From an uncultured Desulfospira sp. (GTDB lineage Bacteria > Desulfobacterota > Desulfobacteria > Desulfobacterales > Desulfobacteraceae), in assembly GCA_963663165.1 (NCBI GenBank), contig OY760175.1, positions 4,672,001 through 4,736,000 of the forward strand: DNA of 64,000 nucleotides. Reading direction: 5' to 3'. The notes below the pieces were generated by a model, which ran no database searches, was not told where the DNA came from, and saw only the letters and a list, made by a program, of their open reading frames with translations. Position numbers and translations under genes: made by a program. Position 1 is the first letter of the stretch. Each line of letters starts with the position of its first letter. Shown in pieces: positions 21,953 through 31,241 of the stretch.

Positions 21953-22894
21953 TTAATTTAGGACTTCAAGGACCCCGGCCGCAATCAGGGGGATGAGAAT
22001 CTCATGGTGCCCGATAATGGCGTATCCTTTCCCTTTCCCCTGGGTGGGGCGGTTGACGACATTGGTCATGGGCCGGTAATGGCGGATAAAATCCAGATTA
22101 ACCGTGGTAAAATCGTTTACCGGGTGGCCCAGGTTCCGAACCAGGGTCAAGGCCTTGAGAAAGACCTCGGGCAGGATCACGGCTGACCCTGCATTGATAA
22201 ATACCCCGTGTTCGAGTTTGGAAATCACGGCGCAGAAAATTTTAAAATCATCATGGCTGGCTTTGCCGCAGGCCCCGGCATCAAAGCCCGGGTGCATGTG
22301 GATGATGTCGGTGCCCATGGCCACATGGACGGTAACAGGGATATCTAAGCGGGCGCCGGCGGCATTGATGCTCAGGTGGCGATAATCAAGGTTTTCTTCA
22401 AGAATCAGTTCCCCCACGGCCCGGCCCAGCCCCATGGATTTTTCTTTGGCCCGTTCAATGGCCTGGTTTAAAAACTCAGAGGTTTCCTTGGCCATGCCGA
22501 AACTGCCGTCGGTGAGGGACATGGCCACATCCTCCGAGGTGCTTCCGTTCATGGCCACTTCAAGGTCATGGATGATCCCGGCCCCGTTCATGGAAATCAT
22601 GGACAATACCCCTTTGTCCATCAGATCCGTGATCACGGGGTTCATCCCGGTTTTGATCACATGGCCGCCCATGGCCACGCAGACCGGTTTTTGATTTTGG
22701 ACGGCCAACGCCACGGCGCTGATCACTTCCCTTAAATCCCGGCCGGCCAGGATCCCGGGAAGGGAATCCAGGAAATCGGACAGAGAGCCGCCTTTTTTCC
22801 AGGGGCGGGTAAAATCGTCCTTGGACACCAGGCTTTTTCGGTTTTTAACCGAATAGGTGGTGACCCGGGAAAAATCAAGATCAGGAAGGGTCAC
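21953..22894 (-). CDS. Conserved hypothetical protein, possibly deoxyhypusine-synthase-like fold
   Basis: Long ORF overlapping the gmhA end; MGGHVIKTG, MNGAGIIHDLE, GSAVILPEVFLKA, GHHEILIP; fold assignment is inference. Confidence 0.6.
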   Translation of the reverse strand: MTLPDLDFSRVTTYSVKNRKSLVSKDDFTRPWKKGGSLSDFLDSLPGILAGRDLREVISAVALAVQNQKPVCVAMGGHVIKTGMNPVITDLMDKGVLSMISMNGAGIIHDLEVAMNGSTSEDVAMSLTDGSFGMAKETSEFLNQAIERAKEKSMGLGRAVGELILEENLDYRHLSINAAGARLDIPVTVHVAMGTDIIHMHPGFDAGACGKASHDDFKIFCAVISKLEHGVFINAGSAVILPEVFLKALTLVRNLGHPVNDFTTVNLDFIRHYRPMTNVVNRPTQGKGKGYAIIGHHEILIPLIAAGVLEVLN

Positions 22895-23456
22895 TGAACA
22901 AGCTCCTTTCCACCAGGTCGCAGAGAATATGGGCCAGAAGGATGTGAACTTCCTGTATCCTGGCAGTGACCGGAGAATCTACGCAAAAAGCAATGTCGCT
23001 GATCGCTTTGAGCCGGCCCTTATTTCCGGAAAAACCGATAACGAAAAGTCCCATTTTTTTTGCCTGTTCCGCCGCCTTGATCACATTGGGGGAGTTCCCG
23101 GATGTGGAGATCCCCAGGGCAATGTCATCTTTCTGCCCTAAGGCCTGCACCTGCTTGATGAAAATATCCTCATAAGCATAATCGTTGCCGATGCTGGTGA
23201 TGATGGATGTATCACAGGTCAGGGCAATGGCGGGAAGGGGGCGACGTTCCATCTGGAACCGGTTAACCAGTTCGGCCGCGATATGCTGGCAGTCGGCCGC
23301 ACTCCCCCCATTGCCGAAAAGCAGCAGTTTTTTGCCCTGGGACAGCCGCTGGGCCAGAACCTGGGCACATTGTTCAATTTTGGGGCCATGGGAATCGAAA
23401 AAAGACTGCTTGGCCTCAATGCTTTCCCTGACGCTGGTTTCTATAATTGGGTTCAT
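22881..23456 (-). CDS. gmhA: D-sedoheptulose-7-phosphate isomerase
   Basis: GNGGSAADCQHIAAE, GISTSGNS, ARIQEVH. Confidence 0.96.
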   Translation of the reverse strand: MNPIIETSVRESIEAKQSFFDSHGPKIEQCAQVLAQRLSQGKKLLLFGNGGSAADCQHIAAELVNRFQMERRPLPAIALTCDTSIITSIGNDYAYEDIFIKQVQALGQKDDIALGISTSGNSPNVIKAAEQAKKMGLFVIGFSGNKGRLKAISDIAFCVDSPVTARIQEVHILLAHILCDLVERSLFSDPS

Positions 23457-23471
23457 AATTTTTTTTATATA

Positions 23472-24731
23472 TCAGGCGGATTTAATGTTGGGCGCCTTGT
23501 TCTGCTCAGCCTGCTCACAGGCTGACGATACCGCTGCCGCGCGTTGTTTAAAGACCTCATTGTCCGGGTCAAGCCCTAAGGCTTTTTGGGCAAAAGTCAG
23601 TGCGATTTTAAGGTTTTTCCCCTGTTCAAGCATGGCCTGGGCATATCCGGACAGGGCCGCCCCATCGGAAGGGATCAGCTTAACCGCCTTGTTGAATTCA
23701 ACACCGGCCCGGTCCGGGTCTTTTAATTCAAGAAAAATTTCGGCCATTGTTCTGACGGCAATGCCGGATTCCGGATTCAATTGGCAGGCCGCTTCAATGT
23801 AGGGCAGGGCCTGGCCGGGTTTGCCCGTTTTTAACAGCAGCTGCCCCAGGGTCAGCTCCACCTCAAACAGGTCAGGGTTAACGGCATGGGCTTTTTTAAA
23901 GTAGACCAGGGCTTTATCGTCGGCCTCCCGGATCTGGTGAATCAGACCGATATTGTAAATGACCATGATTTCCGCAGAAGACAAGGCCAGGGCCTTTTTA
24001 AAGGTGTCCATGGCCAGGTTCAGTTCCCCTGAGACCCCGAAGCAGACCCCTAAACTGTTGAGCAGGTTGATATTGCCTGGATTAAGTTCGAGCCCGGTCT
24101 GGTATTCCTGGATGGCCGCTTCATAAAGACCATGCTGGTAGAGCCGGTCCCCGCTGATGTTTAAGGAAACCGCATCAAAATAGACGGTATGCCCGGGGCC
24201 GAAAAAAGCCGCATGGTCGATGGCTTTCAGGGCATTGGCCGGGACCTGGGTCCGCCTGAATTCAGCAAAGGGAAACCAGGCCGCCCCCATCAAAACGTCG
24301 GTTTTAAGATCTTTGGATATTTTTTCTTTCAAGGCGTTGAGAAGATCTGAGGCCGTATCCGTCTGATTGTAGTCCCAAAAGGCAAGAATAAAGGCTGTTT
24401 CATCCAAATTTTCCCATATGCCCCGGATATGGGCGGTGGCGCCCCCGGATACGGGCTTGTCCAGAAGGGATTGAAAACAGGCCTCAAAGATCTGGCTGGA
24501 TTTTTCCAGCTCTTCTTCAGCCAGATCAAAGGGGACCTTAAGGACGGCGCAAAGAAATTTGTCGTCGGGAATGTCTGCCTCTCCCAGCCGCTGCATAAAA
24601 TTTTCAAGGGGAACACTGGGCGAAACCGCCAGGTCCGAAAAATAAAATTCAGGCGGGCCGGCCAGATCCTGGTCTGATTCGGTTCTCAAAAAATGGATTT
24701 CTTTTGAAGAAAATTTAAGACTCATTTTCAT
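23472..24731 (-). CDS. Tetratricopeptide-repeat protein, probably with a degenerate GGDEF-like N-terminal region
   Basis: Repeated TPR patterns (YEAAIQEYQTGLELNP, ALVYFKKAHAVNP, FNKAVKLIP, AQKALGLDP). Confidence 0.8.
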   Translation of the reverse strand: MKMSLKFSSKEIHFLRTESDQDLAGPPEFYFSDLAVSPSVPLENFMQRLGEADIPDDKFLCAVLKVPFDLAEEELEKSSQIFEACFQSLLDKPVSGGATAHIRGIWENLDETAFILAFWDYNQTDTASDLLNALKEKISKDLKTDVLMGAAWFPFAEFRRTQVPANALKAIDHAAFFGPGHTVYFDAVSLNISGDRLYQHGLYEAAIQEYQTGLELNPGNINLLNSLGVCFGVSGELNLAMDTFKKALALSSAEIMVIYNIGLIHQIREADDKALVYFKKAHAVNPDLFEVELTLGQLLLKTGKPGQALPYIEAACQLNPESGIAVRTMAEIFLELKDPDRAGVEFNKAVKLIPSDGAALSGYAQAMLEQGKNLKIALTFAQKALGLDPDNEVFKQRAAAVSSACEQAEQNKAPNIKSA

Positions 24732-26133
24732 TTAATATCCTGGATAGGGTGTTGGCAATAAGGTCTTCCTGTCCCGGCTGAAGGGTCCTGGGGTCAAGAA
24801 TGAACCGGTCATCTTCTATCCGTCCCATAACGGGTGGCGATGCGGCGCGCATCTGTCTTTCCAGGCCGGCCGCCGAGATGGACAGGGGCTTTATTGTCAC
24901 GCACCGGGTGGGCAGCATCAGTTCTGGAAATGATCCCCCCCCGGGCCGGGACTGTAAGTCAGCGGTTTCAACCACGACCAAAGCCCCGGTTTTGTCCTGG
25001 ATGGCCGCAAGCAGAACCTGTGCTTTTTGGCAGGTTTCTTCAAAGGGCATGGTCATCATTCTTAAGGTGGGGATTTCTTTTACGGCATTGGCTTTATCCC
25101 TGTAAAGCCGCAAGGTGGCTTCCAGGGCCGCCAGAGTGAGTTTGTCGATCCGCAGGGCCCGGGTCATGGGATTGGCTTTGATTTTGTCGATAAACTCTTT
25201 TTTCCCGGCAATGATACCGGCCTGGGGGCCGCCGAGAAGTTTGTCCCCGCTAAAGGTGACAATGTCCGCTCCGGAACTGATCTGGTCTGAAACCATGGGT
25301 TCTTTGGGCATTTGATATTCGGAAAAATCAATCAGGGTGCCTGAGCCCAGGTCTTCCATGACCGGAATGCCCTTTTCCCGCCCCAGTTCCACCAGAACGC
25401 CAAGGGGGACGCTGGCCGTGAATCCCTGAATTTTATAGTTGGAGGTATGAACTTTCAGAAAAAGCCCGGTGGCCTCTGACACGGCATCGGCATAGTCCCT
25501 TAAATGGGTCCGGTTGGTGGTCCCGACTTCTTTTAGGATACACCCGCTTTTGGCCATGACATCCGGTACCCTGAAAGAGCCCCCGATTTCCACAAGTTCT
25601 CCTCTGGATACCACCACTTCGGTGCCCTGGGCCATGGTATTCAGGGCCAGGAACACGGCCCCGGCATTGTTGTTGACGGCCATGGCGCCCTCGGCCCCGG
25701 TCAGTTCGCATAACAGGTCTTCCACGGCGGCATACCGGATCCCCCGCTTGCCTGTGGCCAGGTTAAGTTCAAGGTTTGAATACCCTCGGGCAATGGCCGT
25801 TATATTGTCCAGTGCCTGCTGGCAGAGCAGGGCACGGCCCAGGTTGGTATGAAGCACCACCCCGGTGGCGTTGATCAGGGGAACCAGATTGGGTTTTGTC
25901 TTTTCCCGGGCCAGGGCAGCCACCTGGCTTAGGATCAGTTCATCTTTGAGGTCAAATGATTTGCCGTTCAATATGTCCTGCCGGAACATGTCAAGGGTTG
26001 AGCGGATGGATTCCAGGATAACAGAGCGGGGCATGCCGGAAAACCGGTCATCCTGCCCGGCCTTTTCCAGCACGATATCTACCCCCGGGAGGGCTTTGAG
26101 CATCTCAATGGGTTGTTTCATTTTTTGTTTCAT
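24715..26133 (-). CDS. selA: L-seryl-tRNA(Sec) selenium transferase
   Basis: INATGVVLHTNLGRA, VNNNAGA, RGELVEIGGSFR, FSGDKLLGGPQAG. Confidence 0.98.
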   Translation of the reverse strand: MKQKMKQPIEMLKALPGVDIVLEKAGQDDRFSGMPRSVILESIRSTLDMFRQDILNGKSFDLKDELILSQVAALAREKTKPNLVPLINATGVVLHTNLGRALLCQQALDNITAIARGYSNLELNLATGKRGIRYAAVEDLLCELTGAEGAMAVNNNAGAVFLALNTMAQGTEVVVSRGELVEIGGSFRVPDVMAKSGCILKEVGTTNRTHLRDYADAVSEATGLFLKVHTSNYKIQGFTASVPLGVLVELGREKGIPVMEDLGSGTLIDFSEYQMPKEPMVSDQISSGADIVTFSGDKLLGGPQAGIIAGKKEFIDKIKANPMTRALRIDKLTLAALEATLRLYRDKANAVKEIPTLRMMTMPFEETCQKAQVLLAAIQDKTGALVVVETADLQSRPGGGSFPELMLPTRCVTIKPLSISAAGLERQMRAASPPVMGRIEDDRFILDPRTLQPGQEDLIANTLSRILNENES

Positions 26134-26149
26134 AAACCTGCGTAAATGG

Positions 26150-27490
26150 CTATGGGTTGAGGGTGATATCTCCTAAGGGAACGTCATCAATGATGACCGG
26201 GATATCGGACAAGGAGAGCCCTAAGCGGTCCAGGACTGGCTCTAAGCTTTCGGTCTGCATCTTCTGAATGCCGATTCCCTTCTGGAACCGTTCCATCAGC
26301 AGGTCTGCCAGATAGACAATGGAAACCAGATCCTGGTGTTCAGATGCCTGTTCGGGGTAATGGTGAAAGGCAATGGTCTCGTAAAGGGCCTTGGAAAGCT
26401 TCCATTTTTTGGCCAGAAACGCCCCGGTTTCGCAATGGGTAATGCCTAAGATCTTTTTTTCCGATTCCAGAAAACTTACTTTTTTTTCCGTTAAGTTCCG
26501 GAACAGCAGGGGCATGGAATCCGCCACATGCTGGTCTAGGACCACCTTGCCGATGTCATGGAGCAGGCCCGCCGTATAGGCATTGGTTCCGGCCACCTTT
26601 CCGCATTTCTGGGCCAGTTTTTCCGAAGTGGCGGCCACCCCCACGGCATGAAAAAACAGCCCGCCTTTGCGCAGGGAATACCCTGAGCCGGCCACCTGTC
26701 CGTAATAGGAGTCAATGGCCGCCACGATAACAGACTGCATCAACAGGTCTTCTCCCAACAGGATGACGGCGTCCTTGAGGGTTTCTATGGGAATGTTTCC
26801 GGCAAACAGGGCTGAATTGCATATTTTCAGGGTTTGGCCGCTAAGGACCTGGTCCTGGGCGAGTTCTTTGGTGACCTCTTCGATGTCAACCCGGTTTCCC
26901 TGGAACATTCTTAAAATTTTAAGGGCGGTCTGGGGGATGGGCTTTAAGTTCTCCACCGTATCCTGAATATCCTGGATGCTGGGTTTGGAAAAGGCGGTTT
27001 CAGGCCTGAATTCTTCTTCCTGGGGGCCTTTGATCCGGGCATTGCCCGTGGCCATGTCCAGCTCTAAAGTGGAACTGGACAGTCCGCCGGTTTCAGACTT
27101 GACAATGGTAATGCCGGCATTTTTAAGGAGCCTGACCGCAATTTCAGCTGACCGGCCGCCGATGTCAAGGTTGATGTCCTGCCGGTTAACCGGCCCGATC
27201 AGCCCTCCCCCGGCCATAACAGCTTTCAGGTTTTGGGGCTTGCATCCGAGCTTTTCAAGTTCTTTAATCATCATGTAAATGCCGGTGGATGCGTACTTTT
27301 CCGGATACGCATCCCACCCGGATCCGGGGGGTTCGGGCAGCAGAATATGGATCAGCCCGCCCGTACCGGTGGTGTGATCATACAGGGCCACGCCAAGGCA
27401 GGTGCCCAGAAAAGCCTGATAGACAGTGTTCGAACTCCGGGCCACTTTAAAACTGCCCGCAGGAATATGTTCAAAAGTGTGGTAAACCAT
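26150..27490 (-). CDS. CheD-like deamidase fused to an HDOD domain
   Basis: N-terminal LGTCLGVALYD...GGLIHILLP, DIGGRS; C-terminal HDOD with AGLLHDIGK and FHHYP. Confidence 0.88.
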   Translation of the reverse strand: MVYHTFEHIPAGSFKVARSSNTVYQAFLGTCLGVALYDHTTGTGGLIHILLPEPPGSGWDAYPEKYASTGIYMMIKELEKLGCKPQNLKAVMAGGGLIGPVNRQDINLDIGGRSAEIAVRLLKNAGITIVKSETGGLSSSTLELDMATGNARIKGPQEEEFRPETAFSKPSIQDIQDTVENLKPIPQTALKILRMFQGNRVDIEEVTKELAQDQVLSGQTLKICNSALFAGNIPIETLKDAVILLGEDLLMQSVIVAAIDSYYGQVAGSGYSLRKGGLFFHAVGVAATSEKLAQKCGKVAGTNAYTAGLLHDIGKVVLDQHVADSMPLLFRNLTEKKVSFLESEKKILGITHCETGAFLAKKWKLSKALYETIAFHHYPEQASEHQDLVSIVYLADLLMERFQKGIGIQKMQTESLEPVLDRLGLSLSDIPVIIDDVPLGDITLNP

Positions 27491-27586
27491 GATCAATGTT
27501 TAGAGGGAATTTCCTTATTTGGCTTTGAATTACTTTAAATACCATTAAATTTCCTGGACTTTCAATATTTTCTTTTGCCTTTCCCG

Positions 27587-27614
27587 TCAAGTTTTTTAAA
27601 AAAAATGCCGATCT
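27587..27614 (+). promoter_or_regulatory. Candidate sigma-28 (FliA) promoter
   Basis: TCAA-N16-GCCGATCT resembles TAAA-N15-GCCGATAA; 26 bp upstream of the 27641 ATG. Confidence 0.6.
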
Positions 27615-27640
27615 GATTCCATATTACAAAGAGGTGGCCT

Positions 27641-29053
27641 ATGAGAATTGCATCATCCGATATAATGATGTCGTCCAGTCATACCCTGGAGCAGACGGAT
27701 ATCACTTCAAGTCAGATATCCAGCCTTAAACAGGTATCCAGATCCGGGGATTCAAACCAGACAGCGGATACCGGTGCCCCCCTTGCCCTGGTGGACCGGG
27801 TCAGTATTTCCTTTTGGGAAGAAAGTCAGGCCTTGTCCGGTTATGCGTCAACCTTACGGGCCGCATCCACGGTCAGTACCGGCGACACAGAAGACAGCAC
27901 CACAGCGGATTACCGCGAAACAGTGGAAAAGCTGGTGGGGGCGGTAATTGACAAAAAGGTGGTGGCCGGTGCGGTTGCGCAGACCGGGGCCAGCCTGTCC
28001 AAAGACCTGGCCGCCGGCGATTTAAGTTCCCTGACCGAAAACACGGAAGAATCAGCCCTAGGGGTCACCCAGCAGTGGCTGATCAGCCAGGCCCAGGTTG
28101 AATATGAAAAGGAGCAGGCCAATTTTTCAGCCGCCGGAACCGTGACCACCCAGGACGGGAGGAACATTGATTTTTCCCTTGAGTTTTCCATGGAAAGAAC
28201 CCTTTTATCTGAAACCGAACAGGAAACCCTGATTCAGGTAAGCCGGGAAATCCTGGTGGATCCGCTGGTTATCAGCCTGGACAAAGGGGTCCCCGCGCTA
28301 TCGGATGTGACCTTTGATTTTGACCTGGACAGTGACGGCGAAATGGACACGGTTCATTTCGCCTCATCCGGGTCCGGATTTCTCAGCCTGGACAAAAATA
28401 ATGACGGCATCATCAACAACGGGTCCGAGTTGTTTGGGACAAAAACCGGGGACGGGTTCGGGGAACTTTCAGCCTATGATGACGACGGCAATGGCTGGAT
28501 TGATGAAAGCGACGCCGTGTTTGAACAACTTCAGGTCTGGACCCGGGACGACACCGGCACTGACCACCTGATTTCCCTGAAAGATGCCGGGATCGGTGCC
28601 ATTTTTCTGGGCAGTACGGCCACAGAACTGAGCCTCACCGGGGAGGATAACCACCTGGCCGGCCAGGTAAGGGCTTCTGGCCTGTTTTTGTATGAAACCG
28701 GGGAGGTGGGCTCAATCCAGCAGATTGACCTTGCCAAACAGCAGGAAACGGTTCAGGATAACACCCTGTCCGCCAGTGGAACCGCGTTTATAACTGAGGG
28801 CTTTTTTCAGAATTCAACGGTGCTTGAAACCGGCACCCTGATCCAGGGCTTTGAATGGATTGCCGACAATCCGGCCGGCCTGCCGGAACAGCCGGAAAAT
28901 CCCCTTGAACAGCTTAAGGAGAGAGTCAAAGAACTCAAGCAGCAGTTGAAAAGTTTGCTCAGGCCCACGGGAAGCCTCTCATCATCTTTGTATGGAAAAA
29001 ACCGGGTATCCGCCTTCCGGCTCTACCAGATGACCCGGCCGGATCTCCTTTGA
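27641..29053 (+). CDS. Conserved hypothetical protein with DxDxDG Ca-binding-like motifs
   Basis: 470-aa ORF with GAGG RBS; FDLDSDG, LDKNNDGIINNGSELFG, YDDDGNGWIDESD. Confidence 0.8.
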   Translation: MRIASSDIMMSSSHTLEQTDITSSQISSLKQVSRSGDSNQTADTGAPLALVDRVSISFWEESQALSGYASTLRAASTVSTGDTEDSTTADYRETVEKLVGAVIDKKVVAGAVAQTGASLSKDLAAGDLSSLTENTEESALGVTQQWLISQAQVEYEKEQANFSAAGTVTTQDGRNIDFSLEFSMERTLLSETEQETLIQVSREILVDPLVISLDKGVPALSDVTFDFDLDSDGEMDTVHFASSGSGFLSLDKNNDGIINNGSELFGTKTGDGFGELSAYDDDGNGWIDESDAVFEQLQVWTRDDTGTDHLISLKDAGIGAIFLGSTATELSLTGEDNHLAGQVRASGLFLYETGEVGSIQQIDLAKQQETVQDNTLSASGTAFITEGFFQNSTVLETGTLIQGFEWIADNPAGLPEQPENPLEQLKERVKELKQQLKSLLRPTGSLSSSLYGKNRVSAFRLYQMTRPDLL

Positions 29054-29087
29054 GCGGTTGGCAATGAGCGGTTAGCCGTTAGCTGTA
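29053..29087 (+). repeat. Heptamer tandem array (AGCNNTT)
   Basis: AGCGGTT GGCAATG AGCGGTT AGCCGTT AGCTGTA. Confidence 0.7.
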
Positions 29088-29105
29088 TAGTTACAATTCA
29101 GGACT

Positions 29106-29224
29106 CAATGTCATTAACTTAAGCAGTGACGGGCAGGGTCAGGTATTGGGAGCTGTGCTCTTCATGATGTTAACAAGAGCCGTCCTAACTTTTAGTGATG
29201 AAAACTCTTAAGTTAATGACATTG
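29106..29224. mobile_element. 119-bp MITE (IS4-family-like ends) with 10-bp target-site duplication
   Basis: Perfect 18-bp inverted ends CAATGTCATTAACTTAAG / CTTAAGTTAATGACATTG, flanked by direct repeat ATTCAGGACT at 29096-29105 and 29225-29234. Confidence 0.92.
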
Positions 29225-29226
29225 AT

Positions 29227-29712
29227 TCAGGACTCTTTGTAAAGGGCCAGGATGCCGGACCGGGCCAGTTTTTTAATGCCAAAGGGTTCAAGCTGTTCCA
29301 GCATAAGGTCCACACAGTCTTCATCCCCGGTGACCTCAAAAATAAAATACTCTCCACCCTCATCCAGCATTCGGCCCTGAAACGGTGCAATAATTTCTCT
29401 TATTTTTTCCTGATTTTCCGGCCGGGCCCGAACGCAGATCAGGGCCATTTCCCGCTTGATGGCCTTTTCCCCGGTCATATCCCTTAATTTGATGACATTG
29501 ACCAGCCGTTTGATCTGCTTCATGCACTGTTCAAGCAAATGGGGACTGGTCAGGGTGGTGATGGTGATCCTGGACATTCTCGGGTTGGCCGTGGGCGCCC
29601 CGCAGATGGTTTCTATGTTATATCCCCTGCCGGCAAAAAGGCCGGTGATTCTGGCGGTCACACCGGGCTCGTTTTCCACCAGCATGGTCAGGGTGTATTT
29701 TTGTTCCCCCAT
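29227..29712 (-). CDS. ilvN: Acetolactate synthase regulatory (small) subunit
   Basis: ACT domain LVENEPGVTARITGLFAGRGYNIE, SRITI, REMALICV, LARSG. Confidence 0.9.
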   Translation of the reverse strand: MGEQKYTLTMLVENEPGVTARITGLFAGRGYNIETICGAPTANPRMSRITITTLTSPHLLEQCMKQIKRLVNVIKLRDMTGEKAIKREMALICVRARPENQEKIREIIAPFQGRMLDEGGEYFIFEVTGDEDCVDLMLEQLEPFGIKKLARSGILALYKES

Positions 29713-29790
29713 GGGTGATCTGGTTCCTTAAGCTTCAGTTCAGGGTAAGCGGTTATGGTTGTTTACAGGATAATGACGCCCGGTGAGATT

Positions 29791-30831
29791 TTAATCAAGC
29801 TTTTCTTCGGTGATGGTCTGGTTCCTGCCATGTTCCTTTGCAAAATAAAGCCCTTTATCGGCCCTCTCAACAAGGGTCTCTACCGTCTCTCCAAGCCGGT
29901 ACTGGGCAATTCCTATGGAAATGGTGATGGAGCCCAGGTTTTTTTTGGTGTCCCGGGCGATCCATTTCATTTTCTCCAGTTTTTTTCGAATCTGTTCACA
30001 CAACACCCATGCCCCTTTAAGCTGCGTATCGGGAAGAACAATGAGAAATTCTTCGCCACCGTACCGTGCCGCCGTATCCTTTCCTTTGATGTGGTCTTTT
30101 AAAACCGTGGCCAGCATTTTCAGCACATTGTCTCCGATCAGGTGTCCGTGGGTGTCGTTGACCTTTTTAAAATGGTCGATATCAATAATGGCCACGCACA
30201 TGGATGAGTTATTGCTCTGGACATGCTCAAAGACCCTGGCCATTATTTCTTCAAGCCCCCGCCGGTTCAACAGCCCGGTCAGCACATCTGTGACAGCTGA
30301 TTGTTTGATCCCCTGCATTTCGGAGCGAAGGGTCTGGACTTCCTTTTTTGTGGCTTCAAGCTGGGTTTTAAGATGCCGGGTGGATTCAATGACTTCCCGG
30401 GTCTCTTCCAGGATTTTGGCGGCAATCTCCGTAATGCTTTCCATGGTTGTGGCCTGGCCTAACCTCTGGGCATAGACCTGAAAAGAGCTGTCATGGGCAT
30501 CAAGCTCTCCGCCGGAGTCTCCGAGCTGTTTGGCAATTTCAGACAGGATTTCATGGAATTTTCTCAGGGTGGTCTCTGTGCTTAGAAGCTGCTCCTCGGC
30601 GATGTATTTCCGGAAAAGGTCAATCACCTGGTCGTTATCGAGACCCTTTTCCATGCGCTTTTGCATCTCAAGGGAGAGTTTTTTGTTCCTGCCGGCCGCG
30701 TATTCATACCACACCGCATAGGCAATGGGATTGAAGGGCAGTTTTTGATTTGAGATATGCTGGAGGACCAACCGGAGAATATTGCCAGACTGTTCCACCG
30801 ATTCATTGTAAAAATCTTTTAACATAATCAA
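29791..30831 (-). CDS. Cytoplasmic diguanylate cyclase
   Basis: DVLTGLLNRR, DIDHFKKVNDTHGH, intact RYGGEEF; coiled-coil N-terminal half. Confidence 0.93.
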   Translation of the reverse strand: MIMLKDFYNESVEQSGNILRLVLQHISNQKLPFNPIAYAVWYEYAAGRNKKLSLEMQKRMEKGLDNDQVIDLFRKYIAEEQLLSTETTLRKFHEILSEIAKQLGDSGGELDAHDSSFQVYAQRLGQATTMESITEIAAKILEETREVIESTRHLKTQLEATKKEVQTLRSEMQGIKQSAVTDVLTGLLNRRGLEEIMARVFEHVQSNNSSMCVAIIDIDHFKKVNDTHGHLIGDNVLKMLATVLKDHIKGKDTAARYGGEEFLIVLPDTQLKGAWVLCEQIRKKLEKMKWIARDTKKNLGSITISIGIAQYRLGETVETLVERADKGLYFAKEHGRNQTITEEKLD

Positions 30832-31181
30832 ACTCTGTACAAAAAAATCTTTTGTTGAAAGTATAAAAACGGCCAGGTTTTTTATTATTTCCCCATAGAT
30901 AAACGGGTTATCCGGTGCTCATCGGCCTGAAATTCGATCCTTATACCCTGCCATGAATGGCCTTGGAATGTCAATATGAATTCCAAGTCTTCCAAAGGGC
31001 AATCGCATGTAAAAAAGCAAGCCATTCCGGAATGAAAGATAAGGATAACGCCAATATTCCTTATTTTCAGAATCCCCTGTTTAAACAGGCGTACCGCTCG
31101 ATTTCGATAACGATTTCGATTTCGACTGTCCAGGGCGGAATATACATTGGTTATCACAAAGAATTTTAATTCTAATTACAT

Positions 31182-31215
31182 CGGGCCTGCCCGGATCAGC
31201 GTCCGGGCAGGCCCG
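31182..31215 (-). terminator. Strong hairpin, probable terminator of the cohesin/dockerin operon
   Basis: 14-bp stem CGGGCCTGCCCGGA / TCCGGGCAGGCCCG just past the 31242 stop; no clean U tract. Confidence 0.6.
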
Positions 31216-31241
31216 TGGTTGTCTATAAAACGACTTGCTGT

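Noticed and set aside
24715..26133. Selenoprotein genes or tRNA-Sec near selA
   Set aside because: No ORF pair joined by an in-frame TGA and no tRNA cloverleaf seen; the broken genes here involve TAA or frameshifts.
30885..31169. Short ORFs on both strands and a (CGATTT)n hexamer run near 31099-31127
   Set aside because: The RNRNRYRNR and ISITISIS translations come from the short repeat; no evidence of coding. The repeat is too short to interpret.
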